Shown one piece after another: positions 20,990-29,238 of a DNA stretch of 64,000 nucleotides. How positions within the stretch are numbered: the stretch's first letter is position 1; each line of letters starts with the position of its first letter. A program made the position numbers and the translations under genes. The notes beneath the pieces were generated by a model. The model made no database searches. It was not told the origin of the DNA and was given only the letters and a program-made list of their open reading frames with translations. The stretch is from positions 28,357 to 92,356 of the forward strand of contig SCRE01000004.1 of the NCBI GenBank assembly GCA_004297935.1, in the 5' to 3' direction. Origin of the DNA: Microbacteriaceae bacterium. Its GTDB lineage: Bacteria; Actinomycetota; Actinomycetes; Actinomycetales; Microbacteriaceae.

Positions 20990-23083
20990 TCACCGAACAC
21001 TCAGGCGACGAGCGGCCGCGAGTCCCTCGCTCGTGGCTCGCACCGCATCCACCGCAGTCGCATCGCGAGCGCCGCCGACCACCTCACAGCGGATGCCTGC
21101 CTCGCGCAATTGTGCAGCCAGCGCCGTGTTCGGCTCCTGGCCGGCGCACACGATCACGGTGTTCCCCGGGATCAGTTCGGTGCCTCCATGCGTGTGCTCG
21201 ATGACGACGCCGGCCGGAGTGATCTCGCGGTAGGCGATGTCGGTCAGCATCCGCACCCCCGCCGCACGGAGCGCGCCGAGCGCGACCCAGCGTGAGGTGA
21301 TGCCGATTCCGTGGCCGAATCGGCCGTTGCGTCTCAACATCGTCACGAGGCCGCCTGCTCGCGGTGCCATCCGGATTCGCGGCCCCGCGAACGGCGGCTC
21401 GCCGTCTGCCAGAGCGCCGACGGACTCGGCCAGTTCGAACCGATCGGCGAATCCGGCGGCGCGTGCACGTCGATCGTGGGGTTCGACGAGGAATGCGGCG
21501 ACATCGACGCCGATGCCGCCGCCGCCGATGATGGCGACCGAGCCGTCCGGCACTCCATCGCGAAGGGCACGCTCGTATGACAGAACGTGCGGCAGTTCCG
21601 CGCCAGGCATGTCGATCCGGCGCGCCAGAACACCGGTCGCCACAACGACTGCGGTGAAGTCGCCGAGGAGTTCGACAGACGCCCGCGTGCCGGTTCTGAT
21701 GTCTGCACCGAGCATCGTCAGACGCGCCCGCGCGGACTCGGCCGTCCGCGCGTAGTCTTCCTTGCCGGGAACACGGGCCGCAAGCCTGAACTGCCCGCCG
21801 AGACCGTCGGCCGCTTCGAACACTGTGACGGCGTGCCCGCGCTCGGCCAGGTCGATCGCGGCCGCCAGCCCTGCCGGCCCCGCACCCACGACGGCGAATC
21901 GACGCCGACGCCGTGTTGTGCGCGCCGGAAACTGTGTTTCACGTCCGGCGCGGGGATTGACCAGGCACGACACCGGCTGAAAGACGAGTGAGCGGTCGAT
22001 GCAGGCCTGATCGCACCCGATGCAGGTGTTGACGGTGCCGAAGTCACCGCCGAGGCTGCGCGCGACGATGCGTGGATCGGCCAGGAACGGGCGCGCCAGC
22101 GCGACCGCGTCGACCGTCCCGCGCTCCAGGATGCGCTCGGCCTGACGCAGATCCGTGATCCGATTGCTCGCGATCACCGGAACACGTCGTGCACCGGCAT
22201 CGGCGATGGCCTCGGCGATTCGTTCCGCGTAGCCCAGCCATGCCCCGTGCGGCACGGATGCCTGAACCGTCGGCACCTGCGACTCGTGCCAGCCGATGCC
22301 GACGCTGAGCGCGTCTGCACCGGCGTCCACCAGCGCAGCGGCCAGGCCGCTCACTTCGTCCGGTGTGGATGAGCCGGGCATCAGGTCGTTTCCCGACATG
22401 CGCACGAGCACGGGGGTGGCCGCGGGCAGCGCCGCACGCACGGCACGCACCACGGCGAGCGCGAATCGGCGTCGGCGATCGCTGTCCCCACCCCACTCGT
22501 CGTCCCGCAGATTGGTCAGCGGCGAACAGAACTGGTTGATCAGATACCCTTCGGATGCCATGATCTCGACCGCGTCGAATCCGGCGTCGAGAGCGCGGCA
22601 AGCCGCATCCGCATAGTCCTGTACGGTCGCCGCGATCTCATCGGCGGTCAGCGCGCGCGGCACGGTGCCGCGAGCGGCACGCCAGGGCACGGCTGACGGC
22701 GCGACCGTCTGCTCGGCGCGACCGGCCGCATCCGCGAGCCCATCGAGAATCGCGTAACGGCCGGCGTGGAACAGTTGCGCTGCGATCACCCCGCCCGCAT
22801 CGTGCACGGCCTGCACGGCCCTGCTCAGTCGTTCATGCACGTCCGGCTCACCCAGAACCGCATAGTCGGGGCCGCCGCGACCGGCCGAGTTCACGGCGAG
22901 CCCGCCGGTGACGATCAGCGCCGCGCCGCCATCGACGCGTTCCCGGTAGAACGCGGCCAGACCCGCGCCGCCATCGTCCGAGACCTCGAGTCCGGTGTGC
23001 ATGCTGCCCATGACGATGCGGTGCGGCAATGCCAACGCGCCGATCGACCACGGCGTGCGCACCCGTGGCAGGAGGCCGTCCAC
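20990..23083 (-). CDS. FMN/4Fe-4S/FAD 2,4-dienoyl-CoA reductase (FadH-like; PlmM/AnsM equivalent in CHC-CoA synthesis)
   Basis: GSMHTG, MASEGYLINQF, CIGCDQAC...CLVNP iron-sulfur motif, VVGAGPAG; last gene of the chcA operon. Confidence 0.9.
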   Translation of the reverse strand: MDGLLPRVRTPWSIGALALPHRIVMGSMHTGLEVSDDGGAGLAAFYRERVDGGAALIVTGGLAVNSAGRGGPDYAVLGEPDVHERLSRAVQAVHDAGGVIAAQLFHAGRYAILDGLADAAGRAEQTVAPSAVPWRAARGTVPRALTADEIAATVQDYADAACRALDAGFDAVEIMASEGYLINQFCSPLTNLRDDEWGGDSDRRRRFALAVVRAVRAALPAATPVLVRMSGNDLMPGSSTPDEVSGLAAALVDAGADALSVGIGWHESQVPTVQASVPHGAWLGYAERIAEAIADAGARRVPVIASNRITDLRQAERILERGTVDAVALARPFLADPRIVARSLGGDFGTVNTCIGCDQACIDRSLVFQPVSCLVNPRAGRETQFPARTTRRRRRFAVVGAGPAGLAAAIDLAERGHAVTVFEAADGLGGQFRLAARVPGKEDYARTAESARARLTMLGADIRTGTRASVELLGDFTAVVVATGVLARRIDMPGAELPHVLSYERALRDGVPDGSVAIIGGGGIGVDVAAFLVEPHDRRARAAGFADRFELAESVGALADGEPPFAGPRIRMAPRAGGLVTMLRRNGRFGHGIGITSRWVALGALRAAGVRMLTDIAYREITPAGVVIEHTHGGTELIPGNTVIVCAGQEPNTALAAQLREAGIRCEVVGGARDATAVDAVRATSEGLAAARRLSVR

Positions 23084-23091
23084 GCGAGTGC

Positions 23092-23931
23092 TCAGAGCTC
23101 GGCTGACGCGCCGTAGACCGCGGCGCGCAGCTCACCGGTCGTGTCCGCCCAGAACGGCGGGGCGACGATGGTCAGCCCGCCGTCGACGGACAGCACCTGA
23201 CCTGTGATATAGCCCGCGTGCTCGGACAGCAGGAACTCGATGGCTGATGCCATATCGTCCGCCGTCCCCGGTCGGCCGAGCGGCAGTTTCTCGATCACCG
23301 ACTGCATGGGCGGGATGCCGGGGACGCGCTCATAGAAGAATTCGAGCGAGTCCGTGTCGATCAGGCCGCCGTTGACGGCGTTGACGGTGATGCCGCGCGG
23401 GCCGAACTCCGTGGCCATGTAGCGCATGTAGGTCTCTGCGGCCGCCTTGGCCGCACCGAGCGAGGCATAGGTCGGGAACGAGCGCAGCGAGCCGTAGCTG
23501 GTGACGACGACGATGCGGCCACCACCGGTCATCAGGTCGGCAGCGCGCTGGGCGCCGAGCACGAACGAGCGCACGTTCATCGCCCAGCTGCGGTCCAGGT
23601 GGTGCTGCTTCAACAGTGCGACCGGCTTGAACGCACTGGCCGCGGCGTTCGCAACGAACGCGTCGAGCCGGCCGTAGTGTGCCGCGACCGCTTCGAACAG
23701 CGCGTCGATGTCGTCCGGCTCCTCGACGTTCGCCTGAACGACTATGCCGTCCGCCCCCGCCGCGCGCACGTCCTCAAGTGTGCGCTGTGCGAGTTCGCGG
23801 TTCGCCTTGTAGTTGATCACCACGTTGGTGCCCGCTGCGGCGAGCTTGAGCGCGAGCACTCTGCCGATACCACGCGACGAGCCCGTGATCAGGGCGACGG
23901 GCGCACCGGTGCTTTCTGGGTTGGATGCCAT
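23092..23931 (-). CDS. chcA: 1-cyclohexenylcarbonyl-CoA reductase (SDR)
   Basis: TGSSRGIG, NAAASAFK, HHLDRS, SYGS, YPTY-type PTYASLGAAK, NGGLIDTDSLEFFY, IVAPPFWAD; these match my recollection of Streptomyces collinus ChcA along the whole length. Confidence 0.88.
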   Translation of the reverse strand: MASNPESTGAPVALITGSSRGIGRVLALKLAAAGTNVVINYKANRELAQRTLEDVRAAGADGIVVQANVEEPDDIDALFEAVAAHYGRLDAFVANAAASAFKPVALLKQHHLDRSWAMNVRSFVLGAQRAADLMTGGGRIVVVTSYGSLRSFPTYASLGAAKAAAETYMRYMATEFGPRGITVNAVNGGLIDTDSLEFFYERVPGIPPMQSVIEKLPLGRPGTADDMASAIEFLLSEHAGYITGQVLSVDGGLTIVAPPFWADTTGELRAAVYGASAEL

Positions 23932-23950
23932 GCTGCCGGGTCTCCTCGCG

Positions 23951-25105
23951 TCAGACGGCGCCCGCGACAACGGCGCGCGCCACGATCAATTTCTGAATCT
24001 CGTTGGTGCCCTCCTCGAAGCGCTGAGCCCGCGCGTCGCGGTAGACACGTTCGATCGCATTGCGTTTCCAGTATCCTTGCCCGCCATAGATCTGCAACGC
24101 TTTGTCGGTCACGCGCGTGAGCATGTCGACGGCGATCATCTTGGACGCGCTCGAGAGCACGCCGGCGTCGGCCGACCCGGTCGCGAAGGCGCGCCCTGCC
24201 TGCATCACCAGAGCGCGCGCCGCCGCGATGTCCGCGTAGTTCTCGGCCAGATAGAACTGGATCGCCTGTCGCTGTGACAGCGCCTTGCCGAACGTCTCAC
24301 GCCGGTTCGCGTAGTCGACGGCGAGTTCCTGCGCCCGCTCGGCGAGGCCGACACAGCTCATCGCCACGGATACCCTGCTCGGCAACAGGAATCCGCCGAG
24401 CATCACGGCCAGCCCGTCGCCCTCAGCGCCGAGGCGAGCGGAGACGGGAACCGGCGTGTTGTCGAAGTGCAGCACCGCGTGGTCGGTGCCGCGCACGCCC
24501 ATCGTCTGCGAGTCGTCGATCACCTCGGCACCGGGCAGGCCGGAATTGGGCACCAGAAGGGCGACCGTGCCATCCTGGCCGTTCGTCCCCTCCAGACGCG
24601 CTGCCAGCAGCCAGTAGTCACAGTGAACGCCGAACGTGATCAGATGCTTCTCGCCGCTGAGATAGTACGTGTCCCCGTCGCGGCGAACACTGGTGCGGAT
24701 GTCCGCCCCCGTGCCGGCCGTTGCTTCCGTCAGCGTGAACGCGACCAGCACATCGCCCGCGACGGACGGCTTGATGATCTGCTCTCGCTGCGCATCGGTG
24801 GCGAAGGGATCCATGGCGCGCCAGGTTCCGTTGACGACGTGCACAAGCATCCGGATCGATGCGTGGGAGTGCGAGAAGAGCTCCATCAGCTCGAGATAGC
24901 GGACGAAGTCGATGTCGCGCCCGCCGAGTCGCCCGGGCGCCGCAAGGCTGAGGTAGCCTCGTGCCTTCAGTTCCGCGAACAACGCGGGCGGCACCTGACC
25001 GGTCTCCTCGATGACGTTCGCGTAGTCCTCGCCGGGGCCCCGCACCCAGGCGTCGATCTCGTCTTTGAGGGCGGTGAACGTGTCGGCGTCGACTGCCGGT
25101 GTCAT
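23951..25105 (-). CDS. Acyl-CoA dehydrogenase family protein (PlmL/AnsL equivalent)
   Basis: FTLTEATAGTG, GEKHLITFG, MGVRG, RETFGKALSQRQAIQ, QIYGGQGY, FEEGTNEIQK. Confidence 0.92.
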   Translation of the reverse strand: MTPAVDADTFTALKDEIDAWVRGPGEDYANVIEETGQVPPALFAELKARGYLSLAAPGRLGGRDIDFVRYLELMELFSHSHASIRMLVHVVNGTWRAMDPFATDAQREQIIKPSVAGDVLVAFTLTEATAGTGADIRTSVRRDGDTYYLSGEKHLITFGVHCDYWLLAARLEGTNGQDGTVALLVPNSGLPGAEVIDDSQTMGVRGTDHAVLHFDNTPVPVSARLGAEGDGLAVMLGGFLLPSRVSVAMSCVGLAERAQELAVDYANRRETFGKALSQRQAIQFYLAENYADIAAARALVMQAGRAFATGSADAGVLSSASKMIAVDMLTRVTDKALQIYGGQGYWKRNAIERVYRDARAQRFEEGTNEIQKLIVARAVVAGAV

Positions 25106-28100
25106 ATCGTCTCCTTTGTCGCCGCAACCAGGGCGGCTGCCATTTCTCTGAGTATGGTCTTCTGGATCTTGCCGATCGCATTGCGGGGCAGCTCATCGAC
25201 GAGCTCGAGCCGCTCCGGCCAGTAGTACTTTGACACGCCGGCTGCGGCCAAATACTGTTGCAGCGCCTTGAAGCTCAGCGGACGATCCGTCCGCGTCGAC
25301 ACGACGAACGCGCAGGCCCGCTCCCCCAACCGCGCGTCGGGCATGGCCACGACCGCGACGTCCGCGACCAGCGGATGCTGGTACAACAGATTTTCCACTT
25401 CCACGACGGGCACTTTCTCGCCGCCGCGGTTGATGACGTCCTTGACCCGACCCGAAATGCGCAGAAACCCTTCATCGTCGACGGCGGCGAGATCGCCTGT
25501 GCGATACCACCCGTCGGTGGTGAACACGTCTGCCGTCAGGTCGGGGCGCTCGAGGTAGCCGCCGAAGATCGTCGGCGACCGCAGTTCGAAATTCCCCTCC
25601 GTTCCTGTCGGCACCGGCATCCCCGCGTCGTCCACGATGCGGATGTCGATGCCGGCCAGCGCACGCCCGTCGCTGCCCCACGCGTGCTCGGGTGCGTCCT
25701 CGGGCGAGGCCAGCGTGCCCAGACAGGTTTCCGTGGTTCCGAACGCGCCGAGCACCGTTGTGCCGAGCACCGCGGTCGCGTGCTCGGCGAGCGAGCGCGG
25801 CACGGCCGCCCCCGTGGCCACGAAGATCCGCAGCGACTCTGGCGACTGCGCCCCGGCCTCGACCTCGCGGACAAGGTCCATCAGGAACGGTGTCGCCGCT
25901 TGCACGAACGTCGCCTTTGCCTGGCCGAATCCCTGTTCGAGGGCGAGCGGCGCATCCCACACCGGCTGGATCACGGCCGCGGCGCCGAGCTGCCAGGAGA
26001 GCAGCATCCCATACAGGAATCCGGTCTGATGCGCCAGCGGCGACGGCACGAAGATCCGGTCGTCCGTGTCGAGCCCGAGGTGCGCGATCTCCATCTCCAC
26101 CGCGCGCGCAAGGGTGCCGTGCGTGTGTTGCACCCCCTTGGGCTCTCCGGTCGTGCCCGAGGTGAACAACAGCTGGCACACATCGTCTGGATGGGGCGCA
26201 CGGGACCGGATGTGCGGCAGATCGGGCGTCACCGACGCCAATGCCGCGTCGTAGTAGTGCCAGGTCCAGTCCACGGTTTCGACGATGGCGGCCGCAGAAT
26301 CGGGGATCGGTGGCAGATCGGTCGACACATCGGCGGAGTGTCTGTTCTCGGTCTGCAGCACGATCACGTGTTCGAGTGCGAGCGGTCGCGACTGCCGACG
26401 AGCCCGCACACCCACGTCCAGCAGTTCGATGGCCGGCCGGCGGTGCCGGAACAGGTTCGGCAGGAACAGCACTCGAGCGTGAGATCGTGCCAGTGTCATC
26501 GTGGTCTCACGCGGGCCGAACGCCGGCATGATCGGTGTGACGACCGCGCCCACCTGGATGATTCCCAGCGTGATGGCCACGAACTCGCGCCAGTTCGGCA
26601 GTTGCACGGCCACCGCCTCCCCGCGACGCACGCCGAGATCGAGCAGCAGCGCCGATACCTGATCCGCCTCGCGCTGCAGCGCGCTCCAACTCACGACCGC
26701 CGGCGCGTCCGGCCCGACCTCGATGACGCCGGGCTCATCCGACCGCTCCTGCGACAGCGTGAGCACATGTTCCACGGGACCGTGGACACCGAAAGCACCG
26801 TAGCCGTATCCGACGGCTCCGGACCCGGCCGCCGAACGGCGTGCAGCCTCCTGGGGCGTGACGCGGTCGGTGTCTGCGCCCGTCGCGTAGCCGGAGTCCG
26901 GATCGCTCGCGTCCGGCTGACGCGCCGAGCTGACGTCGATCTCCAGCCCGATGCCGTTCATCGCATCGAGGAATTCCGGATAGGAAACGCGGTATGCGTG
27001 CGGGTAGGTCAACGCCGAACTGCCCTCCGCGCGCGTCGCGGCGACCGCCAAGGCCATCAGCACCCGGTGATCGTTGAACGAGGACAGTGCGGCGGAACGC
27101 AGGTGTTCGACACCGGTGATCCGCAGCTCGGAGTCGCTCTGCCGCGCCGACGCACCCATCCGGTTCAATTGCAGCATCGCCGAGACACGATCGGATTCCT
27201 TCAACCGGATATGTCCGACGTTGCGCAGCGTACTGGTGCCGTCGGCGACGCCCGCCATCGCCGAGAGCACCGGCAGCAGGTCCGGAATGGGCGCGCAGTC
27301 GATATCGAGCGGGTTCAGCCGGATGCCATCGTGCCGCACCCGCACGAACCCGGTCGCCCTGTCCAGGCGCAACGGCACCCCCATCCTCGCCGCCAGGTCG
27401 AGGAATTCCGACTCCGGGTGATCTGTGTCGGCGGCCCGGATGGCGGACAGCCCGCTGAACAGCACGTCCGACGGGTGCAATGCGGTCGCCGCGACACCGA
27501 ACGCTGCCGCGCCGATGTCCGGTGGGAGTCGGTAATCGGCGGGCGTTGCCGTCTGATTGCCCGGAATGCGATAGTTGAGCCAGTCGTCATCGTGTTCCAC
27601 GACCAGGCCGAAGGTGCGCATCATCCGAATCGTCAGGTCGACATACGGCTGCTCGTTGAGTGCCCCACCGGTCACGTGCACCGTCGTGTCCGTGCGAGCG
27701 AACGGGGCGAGCAGGAGCAGCCCGCTCAGCCATTGCGAGAGTGTTCCTGCGATCTCCACGTCGCCGCCACGGGGTCGCACCGGTTGCACGGTGATCGGCG
27801 GGCATCCGTCTGTGGCCGTCAGCTCCACGCCCATTTGCTGCAGCGAGGCGAGCAGGGCGCTGATCGGCCGCCTGCGGAAATACTTCATGCCGGTGAGTGT
27901 CATCGGTCGATCGGCGAGGCTGGCGAGCCCCGTCATGAAGTACAGCGTCGTGCCGGACGACCCCACGTTGAGCAGGCCGTTCCTGCCGTTGCTGCCGTTC
28001 TCGTCGATGTCCGCAGCCCGGTACGGACCTCCCGTCACGAGGTAGTCGTCACCGACGATGCGGATGTCCGTGCCGAGCGCGCGTAAGACGCTGATCGTCC

Positions 28101-28254
28101 ATTCGACCTGCCGTGTCGCGGAGATGCCGGAGACCACGCTGGTGCCTTCGGCGAGCGAGGCGAGCACCAAGGCACGGTGTGCGTGATACTTCGACACCGG
28201 GATCTCAAGTTCCCCGGTCAGCCGGCCTTCCGTGCCATGAACGATGAGTTGCAT
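25102..28254 (-). CDS. Fusion of an EPSP-synthase-like domain and an ANL-family acyl-CoA ligase (PlmJK / AnsJ+AnsK equivalent)
   Basis: N-half SKYHAHRAL, GSSGTT, PDLLP, RLKESDR, NDHR; C-half FTSGTTGEPKG, AFGTTET, YRTGD, GRVKDVINRGGEK, GKIQK; one continuous frame. Confidence 0.92.
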   Translation of the reverse strand: MQLIVHGTEGRLTGELEIPVSKYHAHRALVLASLAEGTSVVSGISATRQVEWTISVLRALGTDIRIVGDDYLVTGGPYRAADIDENGSNGRNGLLNVGSSGTTLYFMTGLASLADRPMTLTGMKYFRRRPISALLASLQQMGVELTATDGCPPITVQPVRPRGGDVEIAGTLSQWLSGLLLLAPFARTDTTVHVTGGALNEQPYVDLTIRMMRTFGLVVEHDDDWLNYRIPGNQTATPADYRLPPDIGAAAFGVAATALHPSDVLFSGLSAIRAADTDHPESEFLDLAARMGVPLRLDRATGFVRVRHDGIRLNPLDIDCAPIPDLLPVLSAMAGVADGTSTLRNVGHIRLKESDRVSAMLQLNRMGASARQSDSELRITGVEHLRSAALSSFNDHRVLMALAVAATRAEGSSALTYPHAYRVSYPEFLDAMNGIGLEIDVSSARQPDASDPDSGYATGADTDRVTPQEAARRSAAGSGAVGYGYGAFGVHGPVEHVLTLSQERSDEPGVIEVGPDAPAVVSWSALQREADQVSALLLDLGVRRGEAVAVQLPNWREFVAITLGIIQVGAVVTPIMPAFGPRETTMTLARSHARVLFLPNLFRHRRPAIELLDVGVRARRQSRPLALEHVIVLQTENRHSADVSTDLPPIPDSAAAIVETVDWTWHYYDAALASVTPDLPHIRSRAPHPDDVCQLLFTSGTTGEPKGVQHTHGTLARAVEMEIAHLGLDTDDRIFVPSPLAHQTGFLYGMLLSWQLGAAAVIQPVWDAPLALEQGFGQAKATFVQAATPFLMDLVREVEAGAQSPESLRIFVATGAAVPRSLAEHATAVLGTTVLGAFGTTETCLGTLASPEDAPEHAWGSDGRALAGIDIRIVDDAGMPVPTGTEGNFELRSPTIFGGYLERPDLTADVFTTDGWYRTGDLAAVDDEGFLRISGRVKDVINRGGEKVPVVEVENLLYQHPLVADVAVVAMPDARLGERACAFVVSTRTDRPLSFKALQQYLAAAGVSKYYWPERLELVDELPRNAIGKIQKTILREMAAALVAATKETI

Positions 28255-28287
28255 CAGATGCACCGTTTCTTCCGGTCGCCGTGGCAC

Positions 28288-28331
28288 CTGCCTGCATGCA
28301 GGCAGTGTGGCAACCTCCGTCGAGTTGTCAA
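28288..28331 (-). promoter_or_regulatory. Candidate sigma70-type promoter of the CHC operon with an 18-bp perfect palindrome at the predicted start site
   Basis: TTGACA (28331-28326), 16-nt spacer, CACACT; palindrome ctgcctgcatgcaggcag at 28288-28305. Confidence 0.55.
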
Positions 28332-28505
28332 ACACCCGAGAACTTACTCGCACCACGCTGTCGCGGCAAACCCGGCCGTAACGTGTTCGAGGTTCGCGTG
28401 TTTTCGCGCGCCGGCAGCGCTGGACCGGTAAAATCACCGCGTCGGTTCGGCAGAATCATCAGCCCGGCAAAGCCCAACCACATGAATTCAGTTTAGGGTG
28501 GAGCC

Positions 28506-29210
28506 ATGCTTCGCCGCCTCGGGCACATCCCGATCGTCCGCATCGTCGCGGTGGTACTGGCCGTCGGCACTGTGACGGCCGCGTTGGTCACGGCGGCGAC
28601 CGCTGTGGCTGCCCAACCGCATATCGTTCCGCAGACGACCAAAGGCTCGCCGAAGGGCCCGCTCGTGGTCACCATCGGCGATTCGATCATGGCGGGCCAT
28701 GGGCTCACCCCAGCAGAGGCGTGGCCCGCGCTGCTGGCAGTAGCCGACGAATGGCGCGTCACCAACTTGGCCAGCGACGGTTCCGGATTCGTCGCAATCG
28801 GCGACGAACGCGATACGTTCGCCAACCAGGTGAGTGCCGCGATCGCTCTGCACCCCGACGTGATCATCGTCGAGGGCAGTAGCAATGATGTCGGTGTCTC
28901 GAACACCGTGCTCGAGGCCGCGACCGACTCGACCATCGCGCACCTGCGGCAGGCACTGCCGAAGGCGACACTGATCGGCCTCAGTGCCGTGTGGGGCGAT
29001 ACAGCACCGCCGAGTCAACTGGCCGACATCGATGACCAAGTCGACAGCGCCGTGACCGGCAACGGCGGGTACTACCTCAACGTCGGCCAGCCGCTTGGTG
29101 GGCATGCTGACCTGATGCAGAGTGACGATGTGCACCCGACGGCATCCGGGCAACGCACGCTCGCTCAGGCGGTCAGCGAAGCACTGACCGCGTCTGCCAT
29201 TCGATTCTGA
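28506..29210 (+). CDS. Exported SGNH/GDSL hydrolase
   Basis: Signal peptide; blocks GDS, GSG, GSSND, DDVHP; TAGGGT -10 hexamer 6 nt before the ATG. Confidence 0.88.
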   Translation: MLRRLGHIPIVRIVAVVLAVGTVTAALVTAATAVAAQPHIVPQTTKGSPKGPLVVTIGDSIMAGHGLTPAEAWPALLAVADEWRVTNLASDGSGFVAIGDERDTFANQVSAAIALHPDVIIVEGSSNDVGVSNTVLEAATDSTIAHLRQALPKATLIGLSAVWGDTAPPSQLADIDDQVDSAVTGNGGYYLNVGQPLGGHADLMQSDDVHPTASGQRTLAQAVSEALTASAIRF

Positions 29211-29238
29211 GCACGATGTTGAACATGGACGGCCCCGA

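Noticed and set aside
25102-28254. Housekeeping aroA
   Set aside because: Motif substitutions, fusion to a CoA ligase and linkage to chcA fit the CHC pathway better
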